Source: an uncultured Pseudomonadota bacterium | GTDB taxonomy: Bacteria; Myxococcota_A; Polyangia; Fen-1088 | Length of the DNA: 50,861 nucleotides | Assembly (NCBI GenBank): GCA_963847705.1 | Contig: CAWKBC010000012.1 | Location: 1 to 50,861 of the forward strand | Direction: 5' to 3' | Shown here: positions 10,398-20,078 of the stretch, in pieces | Layout of the letters: the number at the start of each line of letters is the position of its first letter | How positions within the stretch are numbered: position 1 is the first letter of the stretch | Notes under the pieces: model-generated | Database searches by the model: none | What the model was told of the DNA's origin: nothing | What the model saw: only the letters and a program-made list of their open reading frames with translations | Position numbers and translations under genes: made by a program

Positions 10398-11465
10398 ATG
10401 AGGAATGCAGGTCTGGTGTTTGGATCGCTGGTGTTCTGCTGTGCCTGGATGGGTAAGGCGTACGCAACCGATCTGTCGTATTCGCTGGCGGGGCCGATCA
10501 AGCCGCCCAATGCTGGCCAGTGCGCCGCGACAGATGTCGACGACGACTGCCTCGATGACTATCAAGAGGCGACGCTCGCCTTCGACATCTCCCCGTACTA
10601 TCTCTGGGACGAGAACGAGGGCTGCAATTGGTACTCCACCGTCGACAGCGAGCCCACGCACGGCGCGACGGCCGGCCAGTCACATGACCAAATCCGGTTT
10701 TATTATCAGGTCCGACCGATTCTGCAGGGACAGCCTAAGATTTCGAGCTGGCAGCCGAACGATGGTTGGTATCACTGGATCCGCATCAAGTTCTTTCTGA
10801 ACTACCCTCGCGACTGCGACGCGCCCCACCAAGGTGACGACGAGATGGTGTACTACGATCTCTACAGCCTCGATCTTCAGACTTGGTCCATAGGAACGGG
10901 ATACACGGCCCGCCATCTCGACAACCCGGATCCCCAGGCAACGGGCGCCTTCCTGCACGACATGGCCGTAGCGGCGGGCGTCGCCTATCCGATTGCGCTC
11001 GGCGACGAGAACGGTCACGGGTCGTGGTTTGGAGCCTACGCGACTTCGGACTGGTGCGGCGCCAGCTCGCAAGGCAACTTGTTCGTCAACCACTATTGCA
11101 CAGCTGGGGCGTCAATCATCAACGCGATCCAGCTCGGTAATTATGTATTTCCCGACACAACGAAAAACGTCGGTGAACCGGTCGTCTCGGGAAGTAACGG
11201 GAAGTGGAACGCGAACGTGCTGGTCCTGAACGGATCGCAGGCTTACAGCACTGAGATCACCGGAGACTATCTAGTGAACGGAAGCCCGGCACCACTCCCA
11301 GAGTTCTGGAACGACATGACCGGGACCGCGTACGCCAAGTTTTGCGGGTGGCAGTGTTCCGTGCGTTCGAGCTCCGGAGATTGTACGTTCAACATCCACA
11401 ACAACGGCACAGGTTGTACGACGCCGCTCTGGAATAAATTGTCGCAGGCGGTGTTCATCAAGTGA
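10398..11465 (+). CDS. Secreted Cys-containing protein, possibly Vps62/NPP1-like
   Basis: GGAGGG RBS, signal peptide ending AYA, DVDDDCLDD acidic motif, HQGDDE and GHGSW motifs reminiscent of HxGDWE/SHAxY. Confidence 0.7.
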   Translation: MRNAGLVFGSLVFCCAWMGKAYATDLSYSLAGPIKPPNAGQCAATDVDDDCLDDYQEATLAFDISPYYLWDENEGCNWYSTVDSEPTHGATAGQSHDQIRFYYQVRPILQGQPKISSWQPNDGWYHWIRIKFFLNYPRDCDAPHQGDDEMVYYDLYSLDLQTWSIGTGYTARHLDNPDPQATGAFLHDMAVAAGVAYPIALGDENGHGSWFGAYATSDWCGASSQGNLFVNHYCTAGASIINAIQLGNYVFPDTTKNVGEPVVSGSNGKWNANVLVLNGSQAYSTEITGDYLVNGSPAPLPEFWNDMTGTAYAKFCGWQCSVRSSSGDCTFNIHNNGTGCTTPLWNKLSQAVFIK

Positions 11466-11995
11466 GCTACCTGCGGCGGCGTTATCGCCGCTACCTCGCT
11501 GCGCTCGGCGTCGCCGGCCTCATCGCGTGGTGGCTCTTCGGCCGTGGATCGCGAGCGACGACAGAAGCATCGCCGGCGTCGCTCGCCCAAACAAAGCGAC
11601 CAGCCGTTCCGACCGCCGTGTCGAAGCCTCCCGCCATCCCGACTCCAGAGGAGAGACCTGCCGGCGCCGCGCAGAACGCGGAGGGGGACTACGTCGGACA
11701 GATGGTTCCGATGCTTCGGGGCTGGCCGAAGCAAGCCCAGCTTCAGGCGCTGAAACAGATGGTGCTCATGCCGGGTGACAAGTTGGCGTTCGCGACAACG
11801 GTAGCGAGTTCGAACCCTCGGATGACGGTCGAGGAGCGCCGCGCGAGGTCTTCCGAGCTCGCAGAGGCCTTGATCGAATCCCTCGAAGCCGAGGGCATCC
11901 ACTACGACCTGCCGTCGGGGTTCAAGCCAGTCGGGGTATCGATCCCGCCGCCCGATCCGGCGAGCTACCCTGCCCCAGAGTCACACGGGGAATAG
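11462..11995 (+). CDS. N-terminally membrane-anchored hypothetical protein
   Basis: GTGA overlap with the upstream stop; basic N-terminus plus TM helix and Pro-rich linker. Confidence 0.7.
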   Translation: MSYLRRRYRRYLAALGVAGLIAWWLFGRGSRATTEASPASLAQTKRPAVPTAVSKPPAIPTPEERPAGAAQNAEGDYVGQMVPMLRGWPKQAQLQALKQMVLMPGDKLAFATTVASSNPRMTVEERRARSSELAEALIESLEAEGIHYDLPSGFKPVGVSIPPPDPASYPAPESHGE

Positions 11996-12095
11996 CTCCC
12001 TCGTCGACGCACGAGAGGATAGGTAAAACAAGCGCGGTTTGGGCTGATAATGGGGCCGTCCTGCTACCTCGTCCATCCAACTGGATCGCGCGAGG

Positions 12096-13187
12096 TCATG
12101 CGGCCCTGAAATAGTGATGATGGAGACCGGCGAGAACGGGAACCGCGAGGATCTCGCCGTCATGGCCGCCGTCCATCAGGCCGTCGGGGATCCGCTGCCG
12201 GATTCCCTGATGAGGCCGAGACTTGTTGAAATAGTGCGCGTATTCGTCGGAAACCCGGCCCAGATGCTTCTCACCGAGCAGCATCAAGTGGTCAAGTGCC
12301 TCGCGCCGAAGGCTGCCCACAAATCTTTCAGCGACAGCATTCATGTTTGGGGCGCGGACCGCAGTCTTGATCACCCGCGCGCCCGCCTCTTCGGCGACCC
12401 GGTCGAACGTGGCCCCGAACTTTTCGTCGCGGTCGCGGATCAGGAACCTTGGAGCCGCGCCACCTATGGTGGCCTCTCGCAGTTGCCGCGCGGTCCAATC
12501 CTGGGTGGGGCTGCGCGTCGCCGCAACGTGTACAACTCGACGCGAACCCTGGTTCACCAAGAAAAACAGAAAAAGAGGACGGAAGAGTACGTCGTGGGCC
12601 TGCACGAAGTCGCAGCACCAAATCTCGTGAGCGTGGTTCCTGACGAAGGTCGACCAGGTCTGGCCGCCATTGTGCTGGCGCGACTGACGCATGTACTTCT
12701 GGATGGTGCGCTTGCTGACCCGAATGCTGAGTTTCAGCAACTCCCCGCGGATCCGTTCGGCCCCCCAAAGGGGATTCTTGGCGGCCATCTCTTGGATCAA
12801 AATGACCGTCGCGGAAGCCAGTCGTCGCTTCGTAGGGACTGAGCGGGATCGTCGCCGCCAGAACCGGCGGAAGCCTTCTCGGTGCCACCTCAAAAGGGTC
12901 GCTGGTTGGACGATGGCGAGAGCGCGCCGCCACGTCGGAAGCAACGCTGCCGCGGCCAGCAATCGAAATCGATCCTGCGTCGTCAGCCTCGGATGCGGAA
13001 ACTTTCGCCGCAGGATGACGATCTGGTGCCTGAGCATCCCGTTCTCGAAGATGAGCTCCCGCCGTGTCCGAACCAGATCCACTACTGCGCCCGCGGCCAC
13101 GTTGTTCTGAATATGAGGGCTCAGAGAACGCCAGGCATCACGCGCCAGCGATCGAAGCCGATCGACGATTTCCCCGGGCAGTCTCAT
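12096..13187 (-). mobile_element. Integrase core (rve) transposase, apparently intact
   Basis: NPLWGAERIRGELLKL, WCCDF, LIRDRD, NAVAERFVGSLRRE, RPHQG. Confidence 0.9.
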
Positions 13188-13320
13188 ACTCCCGTTCGAG
13201 CACTTCCCGGCCGCCCGATCAAGACCGAGCGGAAGCGATTTTGTGGGAACGTTCCTGTCGCGACCAGCGTCGAAATCGGCTGACACGCGATGACCGAATC
13301 GGTACTACCGTATGGTCGCC

Positions 13321-13595
13321 ATGCCGACGAGAAACCGAAGCTCCACATCATGGCCCGAATGGTGGGACTGGGAGTTGGAGCTAACACCGCACCTGAACAG
13401 CGGATGGAGGAACGCGATTTTACGGAGGTCGAATTGCGCGAGATGCTGGAGGCAGCCACCGGCTTCGCACCCGACGCGGTGGAAGGCCGCTTCCAGATCG
13501 ATTCTCCGCTCCGGGGCCGGCGCTGGCACGTCATCGTCGAACCGGACCTCGACGATAGACTCCTGGTCGTGGTCACAGCCTATTGCGTGAGTTAG
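13321..13595 (+). pseudogene. DUF4258-like (RelE/BrnT-fold) toxin with a frameshift near 13395
   Basis: WPEWWDWELELTPHL in one frame joins EQRMEERDFTEVELREML...LLVVVTAY in another. Confidence 0.7.
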
Positions 13596-13610
13596 AATGA
13601 GGGTGAAGCC

Positions 13611-13880
13611 ATGAAGCGGCCGTATCTTGAGGTGACGTTTCGAAAGGGCAAGGCCCTGGCCGCGTACCTCCATCTGCCGAGGGCGAACGGGGCGAAGGCG
13701 GCGCGGAGCGACGCTCGACCGCGTGGTCTGGTCGTCGACTTCACGGCCGACGGCGAGCCCTTCGGCGTGGAGATCACGGCCCCCGCCCTGGTCGATCTCG
13801 ACGAACTGAACGACCTCCTCCACGATCTGAACGTCGGTGAGGTTGATCCTGCCGATCTCGCGCCTCTGCGCGCGGCCTGA
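13611..13880 (+). CDS. DUF2283-like antitoxin
   Basis: AAYLHL...GLVVDFTADGEPFGVEI; RBS GAGGG; directly downstream of the toxin. Confidence 0.8.
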   Translation: MKRPYLEVTFRKGKALAAYLHLPRANGAKAARSDARPRGLVVDFTADGEPFGVEITAPALVDLDELNDLLHDLNVGEVDPADLAPLRAA

Positions 13881-14075
13881 GCCTCGGGTCGGGTCGCGTC
13901 CAAGAGATCCCGACCGCGGCGCCTCAAACCGCCGACCGAAAGGCGGAGGCCCGGCCGAGGAGCGGCCCGGCGAGGCTCAAATTTTTGCCACCCATTTGCC
14001 ACGCCACCAAGGAACGCCGCGGTTCACCCCGGTTCCTCGCACCTCGCCCCGGAACGCCGAACCGGCCGACATCAC

Positions 14076-14615
14076 TCACAAAACGGCGCAAGGCCGCGCC
14101 ACGCCTGATGTTCTTGTGAGTGCCTGTCGGCCAGTTCGAATCCCGCTGGGGTCGCACTCTTTCCGCCAGTTTCGCTGAGCGGTAGCAAGACCGGTAGCAA
14201 GCGATCGCGGCTCTCCGTCGAGAACGCGCTCTTCGGACGTCGATTTCGCGCCGGTTTTCGCGACCTCAGTTATTACTTTTTTGATGCGGAGCTTGGCGAC
14301 CTCCGCGCAGAGCGCCGGCCAGGGAAACGTCGTGTAGACGTTGACGATGTTTCCCCGGGGACCGTGGGTGATGGTCTCCAGGAGGTCGCGGCGAGCCCCA
14401 TCAACCTGCGCGATGGTGATAAAGGTTCGCCGCAGATCGTGTCCGCGTCGGTGCCGCATGCCCAGCATGGCGAGGTCGAGGCGAAAGGCGTTCGCCGACT
14501 CGGGGCTGAGGCGCTCGGTCATGTTCCGCGTCGGAACGATGAGGTCGTCGTCCGCCCCGTGCTCGTCCTTGTAGCGCGCCCAGAGCTTGGCCCCCTCTAC
14601 GTACAGGCTTCCCAT
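14076..14615 (-). pseudogene. Tyrosine integrase with a large internal deletion
   Basis: AGGAGG RBS; about 20 N-terminal residues fused directly to the C-terminal half carrying HDLRRT, THG and VY. Confidence 0.8.
14134..14156 (+). other. att core: tRNA 3' fragment (T-loop plus acceptor strand, probably tRNA-Glu)
   Basis: GTTCGAATCCCGCTGGGGTCGCA lies next to the integrase 3' end; no tRNA 5' half upstream. Confidence 0.8.
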
Positions 14616-14626
14616 GGTCGAACCTC

Positions 14627-15109
14627 CTAAGCGGCGCGCCTCCAAGATCCTTTCGAATCGACCGTGACCACCAGCTTGAGCGGGCCGGCGTCCCCTTCGA
14701 TCTGCGACAGGGTTTCCACCGGGAACTTCTCGCCCGAAATAGTCAGCGCCACCATCGTACGCATCAACCGATCGACCGGCGAAGAGACGGGCAGCACACC
14801 GTTCTCCCAGCGCGAGATCGATTCGTGGACCACGCCGATCGTCTTCGCCAGGGCCCTAGCCGACATCTCCAGCTGAGACCGAAGAAACACGAATTCCGGC
14901 CCTGAGAGCCGTGCAGGCTTCCGGATGACCTCGGCGGCTATCGTGCGGTGAAGGGCCTCGGGACGGGGAATCACGACCTCGAAATACCCGCACTGCGGAC
15001 AGCGCCGAACCTCCGCGTCCGCGATGGTGATCGCCCACTTCGGATGAAGGGTGTATTTGTGCGGCTCTCGAGACACCCGCAGGCCGGCGCCGCAGTCGGG
15101 GCATTTCAT
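14627..15109 (-). CDS. MqsA-like antitoxin (Zn ribbon plus XRE HTH)
   Basis: CPDC...CPQC; LRSQLEMSARALAKTIGVVHESISRWENG. Confidence 0.88.
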   Translation of the reverse strand: MKCPDCGAGLRVSREPHKYTLHPKWAITIADAEVRRCPQCGYFEVVIPRPEALHRTIAAEVIRKPARLSGPEFVFLRSQLEMSARALAKTIGVVHESISRWENGVLPVSSPVDRLMRTMVALTISGEKFPVETLSQIEGDAGPLKLVVTVDSKGSWRRAA

Positions 15110-15396
15110 CGAATGGCCCTCCAAGCGGTCACGACCACGGCTGCCGCTTCGGACCGAAAGCTCGCGACGACGTAGGTCCGGCGGGCCCGAACGCGATAGC
15201 GCCAAGAGTCGCGCTCGAACTCGGCAGGCTCCACCACGCCGCTCCGAAGAACGCCGATCGCTTCCGCCTGGCTGATTCCGTCCTGGGCCATCTCGTCGAG
15301 CGCGTGGTTCGTAAAGACGACCTCCCCCGTCGCCAGGATCGCCCGCAGCAGCCTTCTGGCTTCCGCGGGACGCAGCGGCTCCTGGGGTGTCGACAT
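15106..15396 (-). CDS. DUF4258-family putative toxin
   Basis: FTNHALDEMAQDGIS...VVVTAW; ATGA overlap with the antitoxin. Confidence 0.85.
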   Translation of the reverse strand: MSTPQEPLRPAEARRLLRAILATGEVVFTNHALDEMAQDGISQAEAIGVLRSGVVEPAEFERDSWRYRVRARRTYVVASFRSEAAAVVVTAWRAIR

Positions 15397-15400
15397 TGAG

Positions 15401-15431
15401 ACTATAGGCCTACTGTTGATCTAAAGTCAAC
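15401..15431 (-). promoter_or_regulatory. sigma70-like promoter with overlapping palindromic operator
   Basis: TTGACT-18 nt-TATAGT ends 4 nt before the toxin ATG; GTTGA-N7-TCAAC at 15415..15431. Confidence 0.75.
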
Positions 15432-15465
15432 CACGTTTTGGTCCCGCCTGGCGCCGACGGTCGAG

Positions 15466-15783
15466 TTACAGCTCCGCCTCCTTTTCGGGCGTGGACTCAT
15501 TCGGGTTTCCGGTATTCGAATTGGCCGGGCTCTGCATCAGGGCGGCGAGCTCGGTGATGCGCACTCGCAACTCGCGACCGGCGCGATAGCGTCCTAGTCG
15601 TCCCTGCGCCATCCACACCCGGATCGTCGCGGGTGCGACCGCAACCCTCGACGCCGCCTCGGCGACCGACAAGAACTCGACGTCGCTGACCGGTCTCCCT
15701 CGCTCCGACAGCTCCTCGCAGAGCACGCGCCGGACCTCGTCGGCAACAATCTCGCGGAGGGCCCGTTCGTCGAAGAGACTCAT
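15466..15783 (-). CDS. Excisionase-like HTH DNA-binding protein
   Basis: FLSVAEAASRVAVAPATIRVWMAQGRLGRYRAGRELRV. Confidence 0.82.
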   Translation of the reverse strand: MSLFDERALREIVADEVRRVLCEELSERGRPVSDVEFLSVAEAASRVAVAPATIRVWMAQGRLGRYRAGRELRVRITELAALMQSPANSNTGNPNESTPEKEAEL

Positions 15784-16328
15784 CGCTCTCTCCGCACGGT
15801 CGATCGCGACGGACGATTGCGTACCCGTCGCCTTTCGCACGCGATTGGCCAGTGGCCTTTGGTGAGCATGTGGTGGGGGTTCCTCATCGCCCTTCTCGGC
15901 AAGACGCGACTCAAACGTACGGTCTTTTTTTCCGGGCCACGCTCTCGACGCTGGCGCCGCGTCTATAGCCGTCGACAGTCCTCTCTACGGTCACTGACCA
16001 CGAGGTAGCCGAAGCTTGGCCGCTGCCGCCGCTCCCAGCAGTTGCCCTCGATATATCACTGGCGTCGCCGAGTTCGTGCTCCCAAGTGTCGTCAAGCTCG
16101 ACGCCGGGCACCGCGCCTCTTATGTGCGTGCGCAACTTCTGCCCACCCGCCGGTCATCGCGACAAGCACCACGTCGCGTGGCGCCGCGCGGCCCGCCCGC
16201 TCGCGACTCGCCTTTTCTCCTCCCGCCCGTCCCAGGCGACACCAGCAGGCCGAACCCAGCAGAAGATCAATGTGAGCTATGGGCGTGCGGATGAGTGCGC
16301 CGGGATCGCATCGCGACCCCGACCAGGC

Positions 16329-16799
16329 TCAGTCGGCGGCTCCATCTCGATTGGAGCAGGTCTTGGTGAGAACGGGCCTGACAGCATCGCAGGAAGGCCC
16401 GGGGACCTGACCGGCGATACGGCCGAAGCTGTCGCCGCAATACCCGGGAGAGTCGCTCTGCTCCAGCGCACCGACGAGGACGTGGGTCGCGGCGTCGTAA
16501 TAACAGGTCAACGCCGTGAAGCCGCTCCCTTGGATTAACGCCAGTACGCCGCCGCATAGCTTCACCATCTGACCCACGCCCAAGCAGACGGGGAGGTCTG
16601 CGACGCTGCCGTCGAAGCTGGCCTGACATCTCCCTCCCACATCGCTGATGCTTCCGCTGCAGCGATCAACTCCTGCGCCGTCGAGGTTCGTGGGTGTATC
16701 CGCGTTCCCGTCGATCGAGGTGGTGCCGAGGTACTCGGTGGAACACGAACCAAGAGTCGCCACTCCCCAGATCAAAGCCGCTGCCGCGAACCGCTTCAC
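16329..16799 (-). CDS. Cys-rich hypothetical lipoprotein
   Basis: GTG start with a GGGGAG RBS; signal peptide ending LGSC. Confidence 0.65.
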   Translation of the reverse strand: MKRFAAAALIWGVATLGSCSTEYLGTTSIDGNADTPTNLDGAGVDRCSGSISDVGGRCQASFDGSVADLPVCLGVGQMVKLCGGVLALIQGSGFTALTCYYDAATHVLVGALEQSDSPGYCGDSFGRIAGQVPGPSCDAVRPVLTKTCSNRDGAAD

Positions 16800-17367
16800 G
16801 TGCCCAACTCCCCTCTGGCAGGTCAACTGCAAGCCCGATGCCCGACGACGTAGCCGTTCCTCTGTGCCCGGGCCGGTCCAAGCCCTCGCTTTCCGCCAAC
16901 TTTGTAGGCAAGCGCCGAAGGACGGTTGGCGGTCCCAACCGAACCATCGCGACGCCTGACACCTGTCGCTCTCCCCGCTCGGAGCATTGCGGACATCGGC
17001 GACGGCTATCGCCGACCGCGGACGGATCACCTGCTACCTGTCACCCGATTGCACCACGCCAGCTCGCCGGACTACGTGAGCGATCGCCTGCAACGTCGTT
17101 CAAAGGTTGATGCCCATCCCGTCGCTCCGACAGACGCAAGGAGATCGTCATCAGGGATCACATCACCGACCGAGTGGTCCCGTTCGACTGCGTGAGGGAC
17201 GAATGCAAGGTAAAGGGCCTGATACACGTTCCGCGTATCCAGGCCATTTCAAAAAGGAAAACCTGATACCTCTCGATCCACGCAGATACCTCACGATCGC
17301 TAACCAGCTGTCCGCTTTCGCTTTTACCTGATACCTCCGCGCACCGCGGGCGCCGTTTCAGGCCTCG

Positions 17368-17691
17368 TCACCGACGGGGAAGAAGTTTTTCGTGGATTTG
17401 CGCGGTCGGGCTCAACTGCTCAGGTCTTTCGAGCCCGTAATGCGCGTACAATGACGACTCGGAGACGCCCAAGAGCTCCTCCGTGATGGTCGAGGTAGGC
17501 CGTGGTTCTCCGGGACGTCTCGGAGGACGGCTAGAGTCGACGCTGGCCATTACGATCTCGCCGTACTTTCCGAAGTACGACCCGGTTCGGAAGAAGAGCA
17601 CCGGCGAGCCCGATTGCCCGTCCCTGGTCCGAGCGTCTACCAGGTAGGCCGGTAGGCGGTCATAGTCAGCGACTTCGCCGCGTATTTCCAA
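17368..17691 (-). pseudogene. Trypsin-like serine protease C-terminal fragment
   Basis: YLVDARTRDGQSGSPVLF contains the catalytic Ser motif; N-terminal part missing. Confidence 0.6.
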
Positions 17692-17724
17692 GCGTCAGGA
17701 TCCCCGGAGCATAGGCCTCCGCTC

Positions 17725-18372
17725 TCATTGGCAACCGCGGAGATCGCCGTCCGCTGTCGCGAGTGGCGGAGTCCAGCGGCCCGTTGCGCAGAGGGTGGCG
17801 TCGTCGATCATCCGCGCGTCGCGCGCCAATAGACCGAGAGCGGGCCGCAACATCGGGGCTGGTTCCAAGCGACCGCTGGCGATGATCTCTTCGTGTGGGC
17901 TCGCGGCGATCGCGTTGAAGACGTTCGCCTTGGCGCCCGTCCCGAGGGGACGCACGCTTCCCGTGGGCCTGAGGAGGATCTGCGTCGCGCCCGACGCCTG
18001 CGAGATTGCAGTCGCTTCGTCGAGCCCGGCGAGCAGCCACAAACCGACGCAGCTATTGATGTAGGGCACGAGCCGCTTTTCGCCGGTGTCTGGGTCGACG
18101 CTGGAAAAGGACAACATGCCGCAATCCATTGACCGGAGAACGAGGAAGCCCCGGGCCGAAACGCGGCTGCCCAGTGGCGCCTCCTTGATGCGGGCCGCAT
18201 CGAGCAGACCAGCGGGGACGCCCGCGCAGGCGGGGATCGAGGCCGCGAGCTCCTTCAGAGGCGGAGGAATGCAGGGGGCCGGGGCCGGCGCGGCGAGGGG
18301 CGGTGGCGCAGGAGACGGATGCGCGCAGGTGAGCAGTGCGAGCGCAACAATGGCGACCGACGTTCTCAGCAC
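17725..18372 (-). CDS. Hypothetical exported protein/lipoprotein
   Basis: VAIVALALLTC followed by a Pro-rich linker; start inferred. Confidence 0.55.
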   Translation of the reverse strand: MLRTSVAIVALALLTCAHPSPAPPPLAAPAPAPCIPPPLKELAASIPACAGVPAGLLDAARIKEAPLGSRVSARGFLVLRSMDCGMLSFSSVDPDTGEKRLVPYINSCVGLWLLAGLDEATAISQASGATQILLRPTGSVRPLGTGAKANVFNAIAASPHEEIIASGRLEPAPMLRPALGLLARDARMIDDATLCATGRWTPPLATADGDLRGCQ

Positions 18373-18560
18373 ACCGACCCATGGGCCATGACCGCGAGCG
18401 AAGCCCACGAGTCGTCTATCGAACAGGCGAGCACTGTGTCGGACAGCAAGGCGGCGCCGACCAACGGCCCCAGAGGTGTCGTGCTTCCGTCTTCTCGGGT
18501 CTGCGTCCCCGATGGGGCATCTCGAGCGACCCTCATCAGTGAAGTCTCGTCGACAGCCGG

Positions 18561-18655
18561 GCAGTCGGGGCATTTCATCGAATGGTCCTCCAAGTGGTTA
18601 CGACCACGGCTGCCGCTTCGGACCGAAAGCTCGCGACGACGCAGGTCCGGCGGGC
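18561..18655 (-). repeat. 95-bp fragment of the DUF4258/MqsA junction (copy of 15092..15186)
   Basis: Direct near-identity by manual alignment. Confidence 0.9.
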
Positions 18656-18693
18656 ATTTCGCTGACACTCACTCCCGCGTAGACGGACGGCGA

Positions 18694-19845
18694 CTAAAAT
18701 GACTTGAAGAATGCGGTGATGGCCGAGGTGCCGAAGCTCGGCGGCATGTGGGTCCCGTTGAACTCGCACCAGGTCACCGGGTAACCGGCGTCGCATCCTT
18801 GATAGTCGACGCACGATGCGTCCGTGGAGTTGGGGACGGTCGTCGTGCCGCAGTGATTCTGCTGCAGGATCTTGTCGCGGGCGGCACGGCCATCCGCGAT
18901 CGGAACGGTGGTGTCGTTCAGGCCGTGCGAGCCCCACATGGCGATCGGATGACCGGTGCCCTTGCAGTTGAAGTCGCTGTAGAGCGCGCCCGACATCGGC
19001 GCGATGGCCCGGAACACGTCGCTCATTTCGCAGCCGATCGCGAAGGACATCATTCCGCCGTAGCTGAACCCGACCGAGAAGACGCGGGTGTTGTCGACGC
19101 AGTAGGTGCTCTGGACGTTGCTCAGCATCGCCTTCGTGAAGGCGATGTCCACGCCGTTGGTGTTGGCCCACCCGGCGTTGCCATTCGAGTCCGTCAGGCC
19201 CTGCGGCGTCACGTAGATCGCGTCGGGCAAGCCGGTGCTGATCCGATACTCGGTCAAGGCCTGCTCGGCCGATCCGCCGAGGGGATGGAACTGGAACACG
19301 ACCGGGTACGGCTTGCTGGCAGAGTAGGTGCTCGGGAGCTGCACGTAGTAAACCCGCGTGGTCCCCCCGACGTCGAGCGAGCAGGTCGTTCCCGACTTGC
19401 TACAGGGAGAGGTGGTCGTGGTCGAGCCACAGCCCGCGCTGCTCGTTCCGCCCCCCGCCCCTCCGGTGGCCGGCGAGCCTCCGGTGCCCACGGTTCCGCC
19501 GGTGCTGGACCCGCCGCTGCCGACAGCTCCACCAGAGCTGGACCCGCCGCTGCCCACTGTTCCACCAGTGCTGCCACCGGAGCTGCCCACTGTTCCACCA
19601 GTGCTGGACCCGCCGCTGCCGACAGCTCCACCAGAGCTGGACCCGCCGCTGCCCACCGTTCCACCAGTGCTGCCACCGGTGCTGCCACCGGATCTGCCAC
19701 CGGAGCCGGGCGGGCTGCCGCCTGTCCCCGTGGTTCCGCCGCTTCCCCCGCCGGTGCCTGACGAAGATCCACATGCGCCGACGCCCAGGCGCGTGAGGCC
19801 GAGCAAGAAGAGACCATTGAAGAGAATCCGGGCCGTGACCGTCAT
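18694..19845 (-). CDS. Secreted alpha/beta-hydrolase esterase (PHB-depolymerase/feruloyl-esterase-like) with Gly/Ser linker
   Basis: GFSYGG nucleophile elbow, HGLND, catalytic His near the C-terminus, lipobox VGAC. Confidence 0.85.
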   Translation of the reverse strand: MTVTARILFNGLFLLGLTRLGVGACGSSSGTGGGSGGTTGTGGSPPGSGGRSGGSTGGSTGGTVGSGGSSSGGAVGSGGSSTGGTVGSSGGSTGGTVGSGGSSSGGAVGSGGSSTGGTVGTGGSPATGGAGGGTSSAGCGSTTTTSPCSKSGTTCSLDVGGTTRVYYVQLPSTYSASKPYPVVFQFHPLGGSAEQALTEYRISTGLPDAIYVTPQGLTDSNGNAGWANTNGVDIAFTKAMLSNVQSTYCVDNTRVFSVGFSYGGMMSFAIGCEMSDVFRAIAPMSGALYSDFNCKGTGHPIAMWGSHGLNDTTVPIADGRAARDKILQQNHCGTTTVPNSTDASCVDYQGCDAGYPVTWCEFNGTHMPPSFGTSAITAFFKSF

Positions 19846-20078
19846 GGGGTGCTCCTCGGTTGATTCGAATTATCGTCAATGCGTTCGTGCCAATCTGGTG
19901 GCCTTTCATCGATCGACCTTGAACGGCACCAATAGGCCGATCGGCCTATGGACGAGACCAGCCGGCGGGGCTGTCGACGCCCCGGGGGCGCGGGGGGCGG
20001 GACGATATTCTCTATGAGAAATGACGTCGGCGCGGGACAGTGGACTCTCACCGTTGTCTATTTGAAGGAGCAGCCCAC

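Noticed and set aside
3400-13400. Frameshifts as sequencing errors
   Set aside because: Indels are confined to mobile-element genes and relics while long host genes are intact, which favours real decay. This cannot be fully excluded without reads.
14080-14160. Complete tRNA gene
   Set aside because: Only the T-loop and 3' acceptor strand are present; upstream sequence gives no D-arm, anticodon arm or 5' acceptor strand.
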